Of a stretch of DNA of 56,095 nucleotides, positions 19,682-29,144 are shown one piece after another. A model generated the notes under the pieces. The model made no database searches and had not been told where the DNA came from. It saw only the letters and a program-made list of their open reading frames with translations. The DNA is from Betaproteobacteria bacterium (GTDB taxonomy: Bacteria > Pseudomonadota > Gammaproteobacteria > Burkholderiales > Usitatibacteraceae). The stretch lies in assembly GCA_043782425.1 (NCBI GenBank), contig JAYWAM010000331.1:1-56095 (forward strand). The letters are read 5' to 3'. The position numbers and the translations under genes are program-made. Each line of letters starts with the position of its first letter. Positions within the stretch are counted from its first letter, which is position 1.

Positions 19682-20568
19682 ATGGCCTCTCCCATCTTTG
19701 TCATCGGCAGAAACCGATCAGGTACCAAATGGCTGTCAAACATCATCGCCAGTCACCATGATGTTGCCGCCGTGCAACATGAAGAACACTTCGGCATATT
19801 GGAAGCCACCGATGTTTTTCTCAACATGCCTATCCTGTTTGGCGATCTTTCCATAGCGGAAAACTATATGGGATTTCTCGATTGTTTTTCGCAAACGGAT
19901 TTTTTAGACTGACCGGGCTGGAAAAAAGTTTTTTCTATGCGTTTAAGCAGCCAGATTATTTCACTTTCTTTCGCGCAATGATGGACCAGTACGCCGCAAA
20001 GGAAGGGAAAAAATATTGGGTGCAGAAGAGCGGAATAATGTCACTGGGCAGCCTTCATCAGCATTTTGCCGATGCAAAATTTATAATCATCACGCGTGAC
20101 ATGGTCGAAAATATTAAATCCACCATTGCACTGGGCAGGCTTTTGGAAGGGCAGCACTATAAGAAAAATCTGTTTAGGTTGCAGTTGAAATATTTCACCG
20201 ATAGGGTGCAAATAAAAAACTTCGCAATCAAATCCAATGTTTCCGTTATCCGTTATGAAGACCTGGTAAACGACAGAACTTCCGTCACCAGGAAGTTGTG
20301 CGAATTTCTTGATCTGGCTTTTGATGCGGCAATGGAAAAAGACTATTTTAGTAGAAATTCAAGTTTCGGCGGCGCAGTGGGTAACAAACTTCCGCTTAAT
20401 AGAGATGAAATTTTGACAAAATCGGATGCGCTGAAAATGAAGCTATATTGTGCTTTCTTAAATGCTTTACCAAGGCCAATATACGATGGTATTGATTTGC
20501 TGCACAAAAAAATTTTCAGAAAAAGTTTTTCCTCGCGCAGCAACAAAGGCTTCTTTCTTTCCGCTTAA
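19682..20568 (+). pseudogene. sulfotransferase, frame-disrupted at a T6 tract
   Basis: The N-terminal part (19682-19912) carries a PAPS 5'-phosphosulfate-loop-like motif, FVIGRNRSGTKWLSN. The rest (track ORF 19882..20568) continues in another frame with FFRLTGL...KFIIITRDMVENIKS. The two frames meet at TTTTTT 19900-19905. The gene is conspicuously AT-rich. Confidence 0.75.
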
Positions 20569-20628
20569 TGCGAAAAGATCTGGATTGGTAACATAGGACC
20601 GTGTACGCACCGCCAAATCGGAATAACC

Positions 20629-21914
20629 ATGTCTGAGGTTGTCGCAATAGTCGGATTGGGTTACGTCGGACTTCCCCTTGCCGTTGAATTTGGCAAGCGC
20701 TACGAAACTATCGGCTACGATTTGTCCGAAGAAAAGGTCGCCCATTACAAAAGCCGCCGCGACCCAAGCGGCGAGGTGTCCTGCGTAGATCTGCAAGCCG
20801 CGACGCGGCTCAGCTTCGGCACGGATCCCGCCGCCATCGCCAAGGCGGATTTCATCATCGTCGCCGTTCCAATGCCTATAGATCAGGCGCATATCCCCGA
20901 TTTTTCTCCGCTCGCAAGCGCGAGCGCCACCGTCGCCAGGCACATGAAAAAGGGCGTTATCGTCATTTTTGAATCGACGGTTTACCCCGGCGCTACCGAA
21001 GAGATTTGCATCCCCTGCTGGAGCAGCACTCTGGAATGAAATGGCAGCGAGATTTCCATGTCGGCTATTCACCCGAGCGCGTTAATCCGGGCGACAAGGA
21101 ACGCACCATCAGCAAAATCATCAAGGTGGTTTCTGCCGATGACGGCCCTACGCTGGATAAAGTGGCCGGGCTCTACGCATCGGTCATTAACGCGGGGGTA
21201 TATCGGACCAGCTCGATCAAAGTGGCCGAAGCCGCCAAGGTGATCGAAAATACGCAGCGCGATTTGAATATCGCCCTCATGAATGAACTTGCCCTGATAT
21301 TTGAAAAGATCGGCATCGACACTCTGGAAGTGCTACAGGCGGCGGGCACCAAGTGGAACTTTCTGCCTTTCCGACCTGGCCTGGTGGGCGGGCACTGCAT
21401 CGGCGTTGATCCCTACTACCTGACCCACAAGGCGGAAAGGCTGGGCTATCACCCGCAAGTCATTTTGGCAGGCAGACGCATCAACGACGGCATGGCGGCA
21501 TACGTGGCGCAACAGACCGTGAAGCGTTTGACCCATGGCGGCGGAGCGGTGAAGGGCGCAAAAGTCATCGTGCTGGGCTTGACGTTCAAGGAAAACTGCC
21601 CCGATATTCGCAACTCAAAAGTAGCCGACCTGATAAGGGAATTGCAGGATTTCGGCTGCCAGGTAGCGGTGCACGATCCCATTGCCGACCCTTCTCAAGC
21701 CAAACACGAATATGACATTACGCTCCAGCCGTGGGACAAGCTTCCCGGCGATGCCGACGCCATAGTCGCAGCGGTTGCGCACCAGGATTATCTCAACATG
21801 GCTTTGCCCGAGCTGCTGGGGAAACTCAAGAAAAACGGCCTGTTCGTGGACGTGAAGTGCGTCCATGACGCTGCGGCCATACGCGCAACGGGACGCAGAC
21901 TTTGGCGGCTATAG
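20629..21914 (+). pseudogene. UDP-sugar / nucleotide-sugar 6-dehydrogenase (TviB/WbpA-like), frame-disrupted at a C4 tract
   Basis: It has an N-terminal Rossmann motif VAIVGLGYVGLPLA, then FESTVYPGATEEICIP in frame A. Frame B reads LLEQHSGMKWQRDFHVGYSPERVNPGD plus the catalytic-Cys block GLVGGHCIGVDPYYL. The junction is at CCCC 21012-21015. Confidence 0.8.
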
Positions 21915-22009
21915 ATCAGGCGCGGATCATGACACTGAAAGTAGACGCGCTTGCTGCCACAGCGCTGATCTTCGTGCCGTACTTTTTCACTAAGACCAGA
22001 TAGCGCGCG

Positions 22010-23921
22010 ATGTGTGGCATTACAGGTATATACAACTTTACAGGGGGCCAAGATAAGCGGTCATTGCAGGCCACGCTAGACGCCATGACCGACACGTTGA
22101 CGCATCGTGGCCCGGATTCCCGGGGCACGTGGATCGATGGGGAAAGAGGCGTGGGTCTCGGCCACCGGCGGCTCGCCATCCGCGACCTTTCGCGCAGCGG
22201 CAATCAACCCATGGTGTCGGCGTCTCAACGTTATGTGATTATTTACAATGGCGAAGTTTATTCGCACCAGGAGATCAGCCTCGATCTGGAGAAATGTGGC
22301 CGACGCATGCGCGGCACATCCGATACCGAAGTCATTCTGGAAGCCTGCGCCCAATGGGGCGTCGAGCCGACCGTAAAACGCTTGATAGGCATGTTTGCTT
22401 TTGCGCTGTACGACCGCAAGGAACACGAGCTCTATCTAGTGCGCGACAGGCTGGGCATCAAGCCGCTCTATTGGGGGCTGTTTAATGGCCAGTTGATTTT
22501 TGGTTCGGAACTGAAAGCGTTGCGCGTAGCGAAAATCTGGGTGCCGCAACTTGATCGCAATGCGCTCGCCGCATTCCATCTACCAAGGCGTGCAGAAACT
22601 CGAGCCGGGATGCATGTTGCGCCTAGGCAGGCAAGGCGCGCCGCAAATAACAAAATTCTGGGATTTGCGCGCTATTGCCGAGAGTGGCAGCCGTGCTCCT
22701 TTGCAAGGTTCCGATGACGAACTCCTTGACCCGCTTGATGACCTGCTGCGCGACGCAGTGCAGCGTCGCCTGGTGGCCGACGTGCCGCTGGGTTCGCTGT
22801 TGTCGGGCGGCGTCGATTCTTCGCTGGTTACCGCGCTCATGGCGGAGCAGAGCGAGCACCCTGTCAATACGTTTTCCATCGGCTTTGCGGAAAAAGCATT
22901 CGACGAAGCGCCTTACGCGCGCGCGATTGCCCAGCATCTCGGCACGCAGCATACGGAATTGTATGTCGAGCCTGGGCATGCGCTGGATCTCGTTGAAAAA
23001 CTGCCTTACTGGTATGACGAACCTTTTGCCGATTCATCGCAGATTGCGACTGCGCTGGTGTGCGAGCTGACCAGAAAGCACGTCAGCGTGGTGCTTACCG
23101 GGGATGGCGGAGATGAATTGTTTGCCGGCTACAACCGCTATACTCTCGGCCTTGGCCTGTGGGATAAGGCCAACGTCGTACCCTTGGCGCTACGCAAAAT
23201 GGCGGCGCATGTTTTACTTTCGCAGCCGTACACCAGGCTCGACCGGCTTGGCAAGTGCATTCCGCAGCGCTGGCGTCCTGCACAGCCAGGCATGAAAATG
23301 CACAAATTCGCCAACGCCATTTTGCTTGATGATGCCGATTCCCGGAACCGCTTCATGCTCAGCCATTGGCAAGAGCCTGACGCTATTGTTAGCGGCGCAC
23401 ATGAACCTAAGGGCATCTTGTGGGATGAGTCCGTGAAGAATTCCATCCCCAACTTACTCGACCGCATGCAGTTTCTCGACAGCGTCACCTACCTTCCCGA
23501 TGACATTCTCACCAAAGTGGACCGCGCCAGCATGTGTGTCGGCCTGGAGGCGCGCGTGCCGTTGCTCGATCATCGCGTTGTTGAGCTGGCCTGGAACATG
23601 CCGCGCCGCATGAAACTACGCGGGAGCCAGCGCAAATGGGCGTTGCGCCAACTGCTGTACAAACGCGTCCCGCGCCACTTGATTGATCGCCCTAAAATGG
23701 GCTTCGCAGTCCCGTTCGATCAGTGGCTACGCGGGCCGTTGCGCGAATGGGCGGATAATCTTCTTGGCGAACAACGTTTGGAACGGCAGGGTTTGTTTGC
23801 GGTCGCTCCCATCCGGGAGCGCTGGCACGCACATCTTAACGGCGCCAATTGGGGCTACCCGCTTTGGAACGTGCTGATGGCGCAGGCGTGGATAGACGCC
23901 AATCCCGAGGTGAAGCTGTGA
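22010..23921 (+). pseudogene. asparagine synthase (glutamine-hydrolysing, AsnB-like amidotransferase), frame-disrupted
   Basis: It has an Ntn-amidotransferase start MCGITG and, in the second frame, a PP-loop LLSGGVDSSLV. The frame changes around 22562-22583, where ALAAF (frame A) and SPHSIYQGV (frame B) are read from the same nucleotides. Confidence 0.75.
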
Positions 23922-23951
23922 ATTTGCTTACATCACCGATCCGCATGCTCT

Positions 23952-25139
23952 ATGCCCGCCGGGAGCGGTTTGTGCGCTACGGCGCAGATTGATATTGTGG
24001 TCGCGTCAAGAATTCTTTATGTCATCGGCAGCCTCGAGCTCGGCGGAACCGAGTCGCAAATGGTCATGCTCATGCGGCAATTGAAGCGGCGCGATTACTG
24101 CTGCGAATTATTCGCGCTACAGGCCAAAGGGCCATTCAGGGAGATTTTGCAGCGCGACGGCATCACCATTCACGACGGGGGATACCAAGCCAGTGCACAT
24201 AAAGCGCTAAAGACTTTTTTGCTGCTGCGCGCGCAACTGCGCCTGTGGCGGCTGGCGCTGCGCATGCAGCCCGATGTGTTGCACACTTATCTGCCCTTGG
24301 CCAATTTCATGGGCGCCCTGGCAGGACGCGCCGCTAGCGTGAAAAAAATCATCACCAGCCGGCGCGCGCTGGGCACATATCAGGATCGTCACCCCTATGC
24401 GAAACCGCTGTATCGAATCGCCAATGCGCTGAGCGATTGCGTGACGGTCAATTCCGCAGCGGTGCGACAAGATGTGATTTCCCGCGATGGCATGGCGCGC
24501 GAAAAACTGGTGCTGATTAGAAATGGCCTCGATCTCAGCCGCTTCGCGCACAGCGGATCTGACAGAGGGGCGTTAAGAGCAAACCTGCAACTGGGCAGCA
24601 ATGAAATCGGGATTATCAAGGTGGGCAATTTAATCCCTTACAAGGGGCACGCTGATTTGATAACCGCCTTCAAAAAAGTCATTGACGAGAATCGCAACGT
24701 AAGATTGTTTCTAGTAGGCGAAGACCGTGGCATACAAAATGACCTGGAACGCCTGGCTGCCAGCTTGGGCGTTTCCGATCGCGTGCATTTTCTTGGTCGA
24801 AGAAACGATGTGCCTTTGCTGCTCATGGCCATGGATCTCTATGTCATGGCCTCACATGAAGAGGGTTTCTCCAATGCCCTGCTTGAGGCGATGGCCGCGG
24901 GGCTCCCTATCGTCGCCACAGATGTCGGCGGAAACCGGGAAGCGTTGGGTGATGGTGTGGCGGGCATACTCGTGCCGCCGCACGCTGCGCTAGCGCTGGC
25001 GCTGGCTATCAATACACTCCTTGCCGATGAGGCGCAACGTGCGCGCTTGGCTGCCCAGGCAAAAGCGCGCGCTTTACAATATAACGTTGCGGCAATGGTC
25101 GATGCCCACATCGCGCTCTACGCGGGCAATTGCGCATGA
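23952..25139 (+). CDS. GT4-family (GT-B) glycosyltransferase
   Basis: It has ILYVIGSLELGGTE near the N-terminus and an EX7E region (SHEEGFSNALLEAMAAGLPIVATDVGG). The true start may be the in-frame GTG at 23997. Confidence 0.85.
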   Translation: MPAGSGLCATAQIDIVVASRILYVIGSLELGGTESQMVMLMRQLKRRDYCCELFALQAKGPFREILQRDGITIHDGGYQASAHKALKTFLLLRAQLRLWRLALRMQPDVLHTYLPLANFMGALAGRAASVKKIITSRRALGTYQDRHPYAKPLYRIANALSDCVTVNSAAVRQDVISRDGMAREKLVLIRNGLDLSRFAHSGSDRGALRANLQLGSNEIGIIKVGNLIPYKGHADLITAFKKVIDENRNVRLFLVGEDRGIQNDLERLAASLGVSDRVHFLGRRNDVPLLLMAMDLYVMASHEEGFSNALLEAMAAGLPIVATDVGGNREALGDGVAGILVPPHAALALALAINTLLADEAQRARLAAQAKARALQYNVAAMVDAHIALYAGNCA

Positions 25140-25170
25140 TTTTCTCTTGGCGCACGCACGGAGACGTCGG

Positions 25171-26277
25171 GTGAACATTCTCCACCTCACCGAGGCGCTG
25201 GGAGGCGGGGTGGCGCATTCCATTTCCCAATTAGCGCGCATTCAGTCGGCAAACGGTTTCGATGTCACGGTTGCGCATTCCATTAGGCCGGATACACCTG
25301 ATGCGCAAAAACTTGCGCAGCTTTTTCCTGCGCCTATCGAACGCCGGATTATTCCCATGGTGACTGCGGTTTCTCCGCTCGCGGATGTCCGCTCCATTTT
25401 TGAAATCGCGCGCTTGTTGCGCGTGCTTAAGCCGGATGTCGTGCACCTTCATTCATCCAAGGCTGGCGTGCTGGGCCGCATGGCGGCGGTATTCACCGGG
25501 TATGGACGCAAGACTTTCTACTCGCCGCGTGGATTCGCTTTCCTGCGGCAGGATGTTTCCCCGACAAAACGCAGGCTGTATTTATTTTTCGAGTCGATGG
25601 CGGCAAAATTGGGCGGGACTTTGATTGCTTGCTCGAATTCCGAAGGCAAGTTTGCGCGTCAAGAAGTGCGTCATGCCAATGTGGTGGTGGTTGACAACGC
25701 CGTAGAGGTGGAAAGCATCCCCCCGGCCCAGGGCAGCGCATGCGGTACGATACTCGTTGTGACATCCGGTCGCGTTTGCTACCCGAAGGCGCCGTGGCGT
25801 TTCCGCGAGCTTGCGCGCGCACTGAAAGACGAGGCGCTCGAGTTTGTCTGGATCGGATCCGGAAATCTGGTACACGAACTGGCGTTTCCCGCGCATGAAC
25901 AGATGAACTTGACCATAACGGGATGGCTTGAGCGTGATAGTGTGATGCGGGAATTGGCGCGCTCGGACATTTATGTTCAGACCTCGTTGTGGGAGGGCAT
26001 GCCGCTTTCCTTGATTGAGGCCCAGGTGGCGGGATTGCCTGCTGTGGTTAGCGATGCGCCGGGTTGTCGCGATATCGTGGTCGATGGCGTGACGGGCTAC
26101 GTTTGCAAGGATGCTGCGGAAATGAAAGAAAAAATGCAACGCCTGATCCATGATCGCGCATTACGAGACAGTATGGGAAAAGAAGCCAGAGCGCAGGGAC
26201 TGGTGCGCTTTGCCACCGCCAGGATGCATAGAGAAATGACCCAGGCTTATTTGGGAAACAGGGGAAGCCCGCTATGA
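25171..26277 (+). CDS. GT4-family (GT-B) glycosyltransferase
   Basis: The start is set at the GTG at 25171 (VNILHLTEALGGGV), which is preceded by GGAGA; the track ORF 25021.. overlaps the previous gene. EX7E region: SLWEGMPLSLIEAQVAGLPAVVSD. Confidence 0.85.
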   Translation: MNILHLTEALGGGVAHSISQLARIQSANGFDVTVAHSIRPDTPDAQKLAQLFPAPIERRIIPMVTAVSPLADVRSIFEIARLLRVLKPDVVHLHSSKAGVLGRMAAVFTGYGRKTFYSPRGFAFLRQDVSPTKRRLYLFFESMAAKLGGTLIACSNSEGKFARQEVRHANVVVVDNAVEVESIPPAQGSACGTILVVTSGRVCYPKAPWRFRELARALKDEALEFVWIGSGNLVHELAFPAHEQMNLTITGWLERDSVMRELARSDIYVQTSLWEGMPLSLIEAQVAGLPAVVSDAPGCRDIVVDGVTGYVCKDAAEMKEKMQRLIHDRALRDSMGKEARAQGLVRFATARMHREMTQAYLGNRGSPL

Positions 26278-27683
26278 CCTCGCGCAGCTTGCTCAAGGAA
26301 AATGCCGGGCTGCTGGAAATTGTCCAGCGCCTGCTTGATCCTATTTTGGTGGTGGCGTGTGGCGCTGCGCTTTACGCCGTCCAGTTCGAGAGCTGGGACT
26401 TACCGCGCAATTATGTGTTTTTGTTAATTAGCGGATTTCTGCTTTGTCTCGTTGTGTTTCCGTTTTTCAACCTTTATCGTCCGCAGCGCGGCGCGAGTCT
26501 GTGGCTGGAAACACAGGCCCTGGCGAGCGCATGGGCGCTTCAGTTCGCAGGACTGATCGTGGTGTTGTTCGCCACCAAGACCAGTACCGATTATTCCCGG
26601 CTGTGGATCGGCCAGTGGGCGGTGGCGGGATTTATAACCTTGATCGTTTTTCGCTTGTTGTTGCGCGGCGGCTTGCGACTTTTTCGTCGCCAAGGGTTCA
26701 ATCTCCGCTCTGTCGCCATAGCCGGCGCAGGCGACTTGGGGCGCGACGTGGCGCGCAGGCTGGCCGACGCACCGTGGACGGGGCTCAAGGTCGTGGGTTT
26801 TTACGACGACGATGCAGAAAAACAACACCAGACATTCGAGGGCATTGAAGTGCGCGGCGATCTCAACCGCATTCCGCAAGAAGTAATGGCGCTCGGCATC
26901 GATCAGGTTTGGATCGCCCTCCCCTTACAACATGACAAGCCGGTGCAAGCACTGGTGTCGCAGTTGGCGCGTCTGCCGGTGCAGGTGACGTTTGTTCCGG
27001 ACATCTACGGGGTCAAGCTGCTCAATCACTCCATCGCAGAGGTGGCGGGCCTGCCTGTCATCCACTTGATGGAATCGCCATTATCCGGCGTGAAGGGCAT
27101 CGCCAAACTGATAGAGGACAAGATCGTGGCGGGGCTGGTGCTGTTGGCGGCAAGCCCGCTGATGGCGCTTATTATTCTCGGCATCAAGCTGAGTTCTCCC
27201 GGCCCGGTTTTTTTCAGACAGTTGCGCGGCGGCTTGCACGGGGAACGCATCTGGGTGTGGAAATTCCGCACCATGAAACTGCACGACGAGCCTCCAGGAG
27301 AAGTGCCCCAAGCCGTACCCGGTGATGAGCGCGTCACTTCTTTCGGCGCTTTCCTGCGGCGCACGAGCATGGATGAATTGCCGCAGTTTCTTAATGTGTT
27401 ACTGGGCGATATGTCTATCGTGGGCCCGCGCCCGCACGCGGTGGAGCACGACGAATTTTACCGGCGCCAAATCGACGCTTATCTGCTGCGCCATCACGTC
27501 AAGCCGGGCATCACCGGCTGGGCGCAGGTCAACGGTTGGCGCGGAGAAACGGGCGAAATCGAAAAAATGGAAATGCGCGTGAGGCATGATCTGTACTATA
27601 TTAACAACTGGTCGCTATGGTTCGACCTGAGGATTATTTTCATGACGGTTTTTACAATGCTCGTAGGCAAGAATGCGCATTAA
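26274..27683 (+). CDS. polyprenyl-phosphate sugar-1-phosphate transferase (WcaJ/WbaP-type initiating enzyme)
   Basis: 469-aa ORF with N-terminal TM helices, a Rossmann-like VAIAGAGDLG and a C-terminal bacterial sugar transferase domain (PGITGWAQVNGWRGE). It has an ATGA overlap with the upstream GT. Confidence 0.9.
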   Translation: MTSRSLLKENAGLLEIVQRLLDPILVVACGAALYAVQFESWDLPRNYVFLLISGFLLCLVVFPFFNLYRPQRGASLWLETQALASAWALQFAGLIVVLFATKTSTDYSRLWIGQWAVAGFITLIVFRLLLRGGLRLFRRQGFNLRSVAIAGAGDLGRDVARRLADAPWTGLKVVGFYDDDAEKQHQTFEGIEVRGDLNRIPQEVMALGIDQVWIALPLQHDKPVQALVSQLARLPVQVTFVPDIYGVKLLNHSIAEVAGLPVIHLMESPLSGVKGIAKLIEDKIVAGLVLLAASPLMALIILGIKLSSPGPVFFRQLRGGLHGERIWVWKFRTMKLHDEPPGEVPQAVPGDERVTSFGAFLRRTSMDELPQFLNVLLGDMSIVGPRPHAVEHDEFYRRQIDAYLLRHHVKPGITGWAQVNGWRGETGEIEKMEMRVRHDLYYINNWSLWFDLRIIFMTVFTMLVGKNAH

Positions 27684-27686
27684 GAG

Positions 27687-28874
27687 ATGACCACAGAAAC
27701 CTCATCAGGCGCGTTCGCCAAACTCATGCGCAAGGCGTGGCTGGCTGCGCCGCTGCTATTCATTGCGAGCGCAGTGATAGTGTCACTGGTTTACCTGCAA
27801 TACAACTTTTCCGGCAAGTGGCTGAGCGGCGTCGCACCCTTGAATTGGGGTGGCAATGCGCTGGCCATAAGCAAGGGACAGGGTTACGCTGGAAAAGACA
27901 AACTGGTCATCGAAGGACTGGAGGGGCAGATTGCCGTAGCTGCACTATCCATGCCGGTTTTCCGCGCGGAAGATTTTGCGATTGTGAACTGGACGGTCAC
28001 CGGCATGACGCCGGGGGTTGAAATGGAATTTTTGTGGCGCACCTCAGAAGAGCGCGTTTTCAAGCGCTCTCTCACCTGGGCAGGAGACGCCATGACGCCA
28101 TTGCAAATGGCCGATGACAAAAACTGGCGCGGCAAGATCGTCGGGCTGGCGCTGGTGGTAAAAGGCAGTCTGGCGCGGCCGCTGACCATTAAGAGCGTTT
28201 CGCTCTTATCTGCGCGCGCGGCTTTGCTCATCACCATCAAACGCTGGTTCATACTTGACGCGTGGCAGGGAACATCGATCAATTTCATGGATGGGGATGC
28301 CGTTGCGCAGGACATCGCGCCTGTTCCGGCTATTGCCGCGATTATCCTGCTGGCGCTCGCCCTGTGTTGGGGCTTGGCCAAATACAAATTTGCGCCACTG
28401 AATATCGCCGTGGTATGGGGTGTGGTGTTTCTTGGCTGGCTGGCGCTCGATGCCCGCTGGCAGACGAATCTGCTGCGGCAACTGGATTTGACGCGACAGC
28501 AGTTTGCCGGCAAATCCTGGGAAGAAAAACATCTTGCCGCTGAAGACGGCGCGCTGTTCGGTTTCATGCAACAGGCCAAGGCGAAGCTGCCCACTGCTGC
28601 GGGTCGTGTTCTGTATTTTTCCGATGACGATTTCCTGCGCGGAAGGGGCGCCTATCATTTGTATCCGCGCAATGTTCTGGCGGGCAACGCTCTACCCAAG
28701 GCGGCGCAGTTCAGGGCGGGAGACATCATTGTGCTGTTCGCGAAAAAAAGCGTGAAATACTACCCTGCGCAGCAGATGCTGGCATGGGATGACCAGTCGC
28801 TACAGGCCGAACTGTTGCTGCTGGCTGCGGGTAACGCTGTGTTTAAGGTAAGTTCCTCAGGAGTTGGAAATTGA
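27687..28874 (+). CDS. membrane protein of unknown function
   Basis: 395-aa ORF with one N-terminal TM, a ~150-aa soluble segment, three or so central TM helices and a soluble C-terminal region. No recognisable motif. It starts 4 nt after the initiating transferase stop. Confidence 0.7.
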   Translation: MTTETSSGAFAKLMRKAWLAAPLLFIASAVIVSLVYLQYNFSGKWLSGVAPLNWGGNALAISKGQGYAGKDKLVIEGLEGQIAVAALSMPVFRAEDFAIVNWTVTGMTPGVEMEFLWRTSEERVFKRSLTWAGDAMTPLQMADDKNWRGKIVGLALVVKGSLARPLTIKSVSLLSARAALLITIKRWFILDAWQGTSINFMDGDAVAQDIAPVPAIAAIILLALALCWGLAKYKFAPLNIAVVWGVVFLGWLALDARWQTNLLRQLDLTRQQFAGKSWEEKHLAAEDGALFGFMQQAKAKLPTAAGRVLYFSDDDFLRGRGAYHLYPRNVLAGNALPKAAQFRAGDIIVLFAKKSVKYYPAQQMLAWDDQSLQAELLLLAAGNAVFKVSSSGVGN

Positions 28875-28930
28875 GGCGACATATATTTCTCGGCTAATGA
28901 TCGAGTATTACAAAAATCATGCGACGCTTT

Positions 28931-29053
28931 CCCACCCTCACCCCTTCCCTCTCCCGCCCAGGCGGGAGAGGGGGATTACGCCCTCGCTCATGCGGCAGGG
29001 GGGGATTACTCCCTCGCCCCCGGAAACGGGGGAGAGGGTCGGGGTGAGGGGGA
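28931..29053. repeat. composite REP-like palindromic element
   Basis: Outer arms are CCCTCACCCC (28935-28944) / GGGGTGAGGG (29041-29050). There are two inner hairpins: CCCTCTCCCGCC/GGCGGGAGAGGG at 28947-28972, and CCCTCGCCCCCG..CGGGGGAGAGGG at 29011-29038 with one mismatch. There is also a direct repeat GGGGGATTAC(G/T)CCCTCGC. Track ORF 28864..29139 is its spurious translation. Confidence 0.75.
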
Positions 29054-29144
29054 TGTTAACCACAGACTGTCTTGTCGATAGGAAACTCGCAATTGAAAAA
29101 AGTAGCGCTTTCGTTGTCGTCCAAGTTACCGACTCCTGAGTAAC

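Noticed and set aside
19895-21020. I considered programmed ribosomal frameshifting or slipped-strand phase variation at the T6 and C4 tracts.
   Set aside because: The tracts are short for efficient phase variation, which usually needs 7-8 or more. There is no slippery heptamer plus downstream structure of the programmed type. Decay or sequencing error are simpler explanations, so the sites are reported as lesions with the phase-variation option left for read-level testing.
21929-22003. A 24-codon hydrophobic ORF (MTLKVDALAATALIFVPYFFTKTR) lies in the dehydrogenase-asnB spacer.
   Set aside because: It has no ribosome-binding site and is too short to assess. It may be chance or a leftover N-terminus of a lost membrane-protein gene.
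28864-29139. A 91-aa ORF (..HPHPFPLPPRRERG..GERVGVRG..) lies between the two membrane-protein genes.
   Set aside because: It is a translation of the REP-like G/C-tract palindrome. This peptide pattern is the well-known artefact of such repeats.
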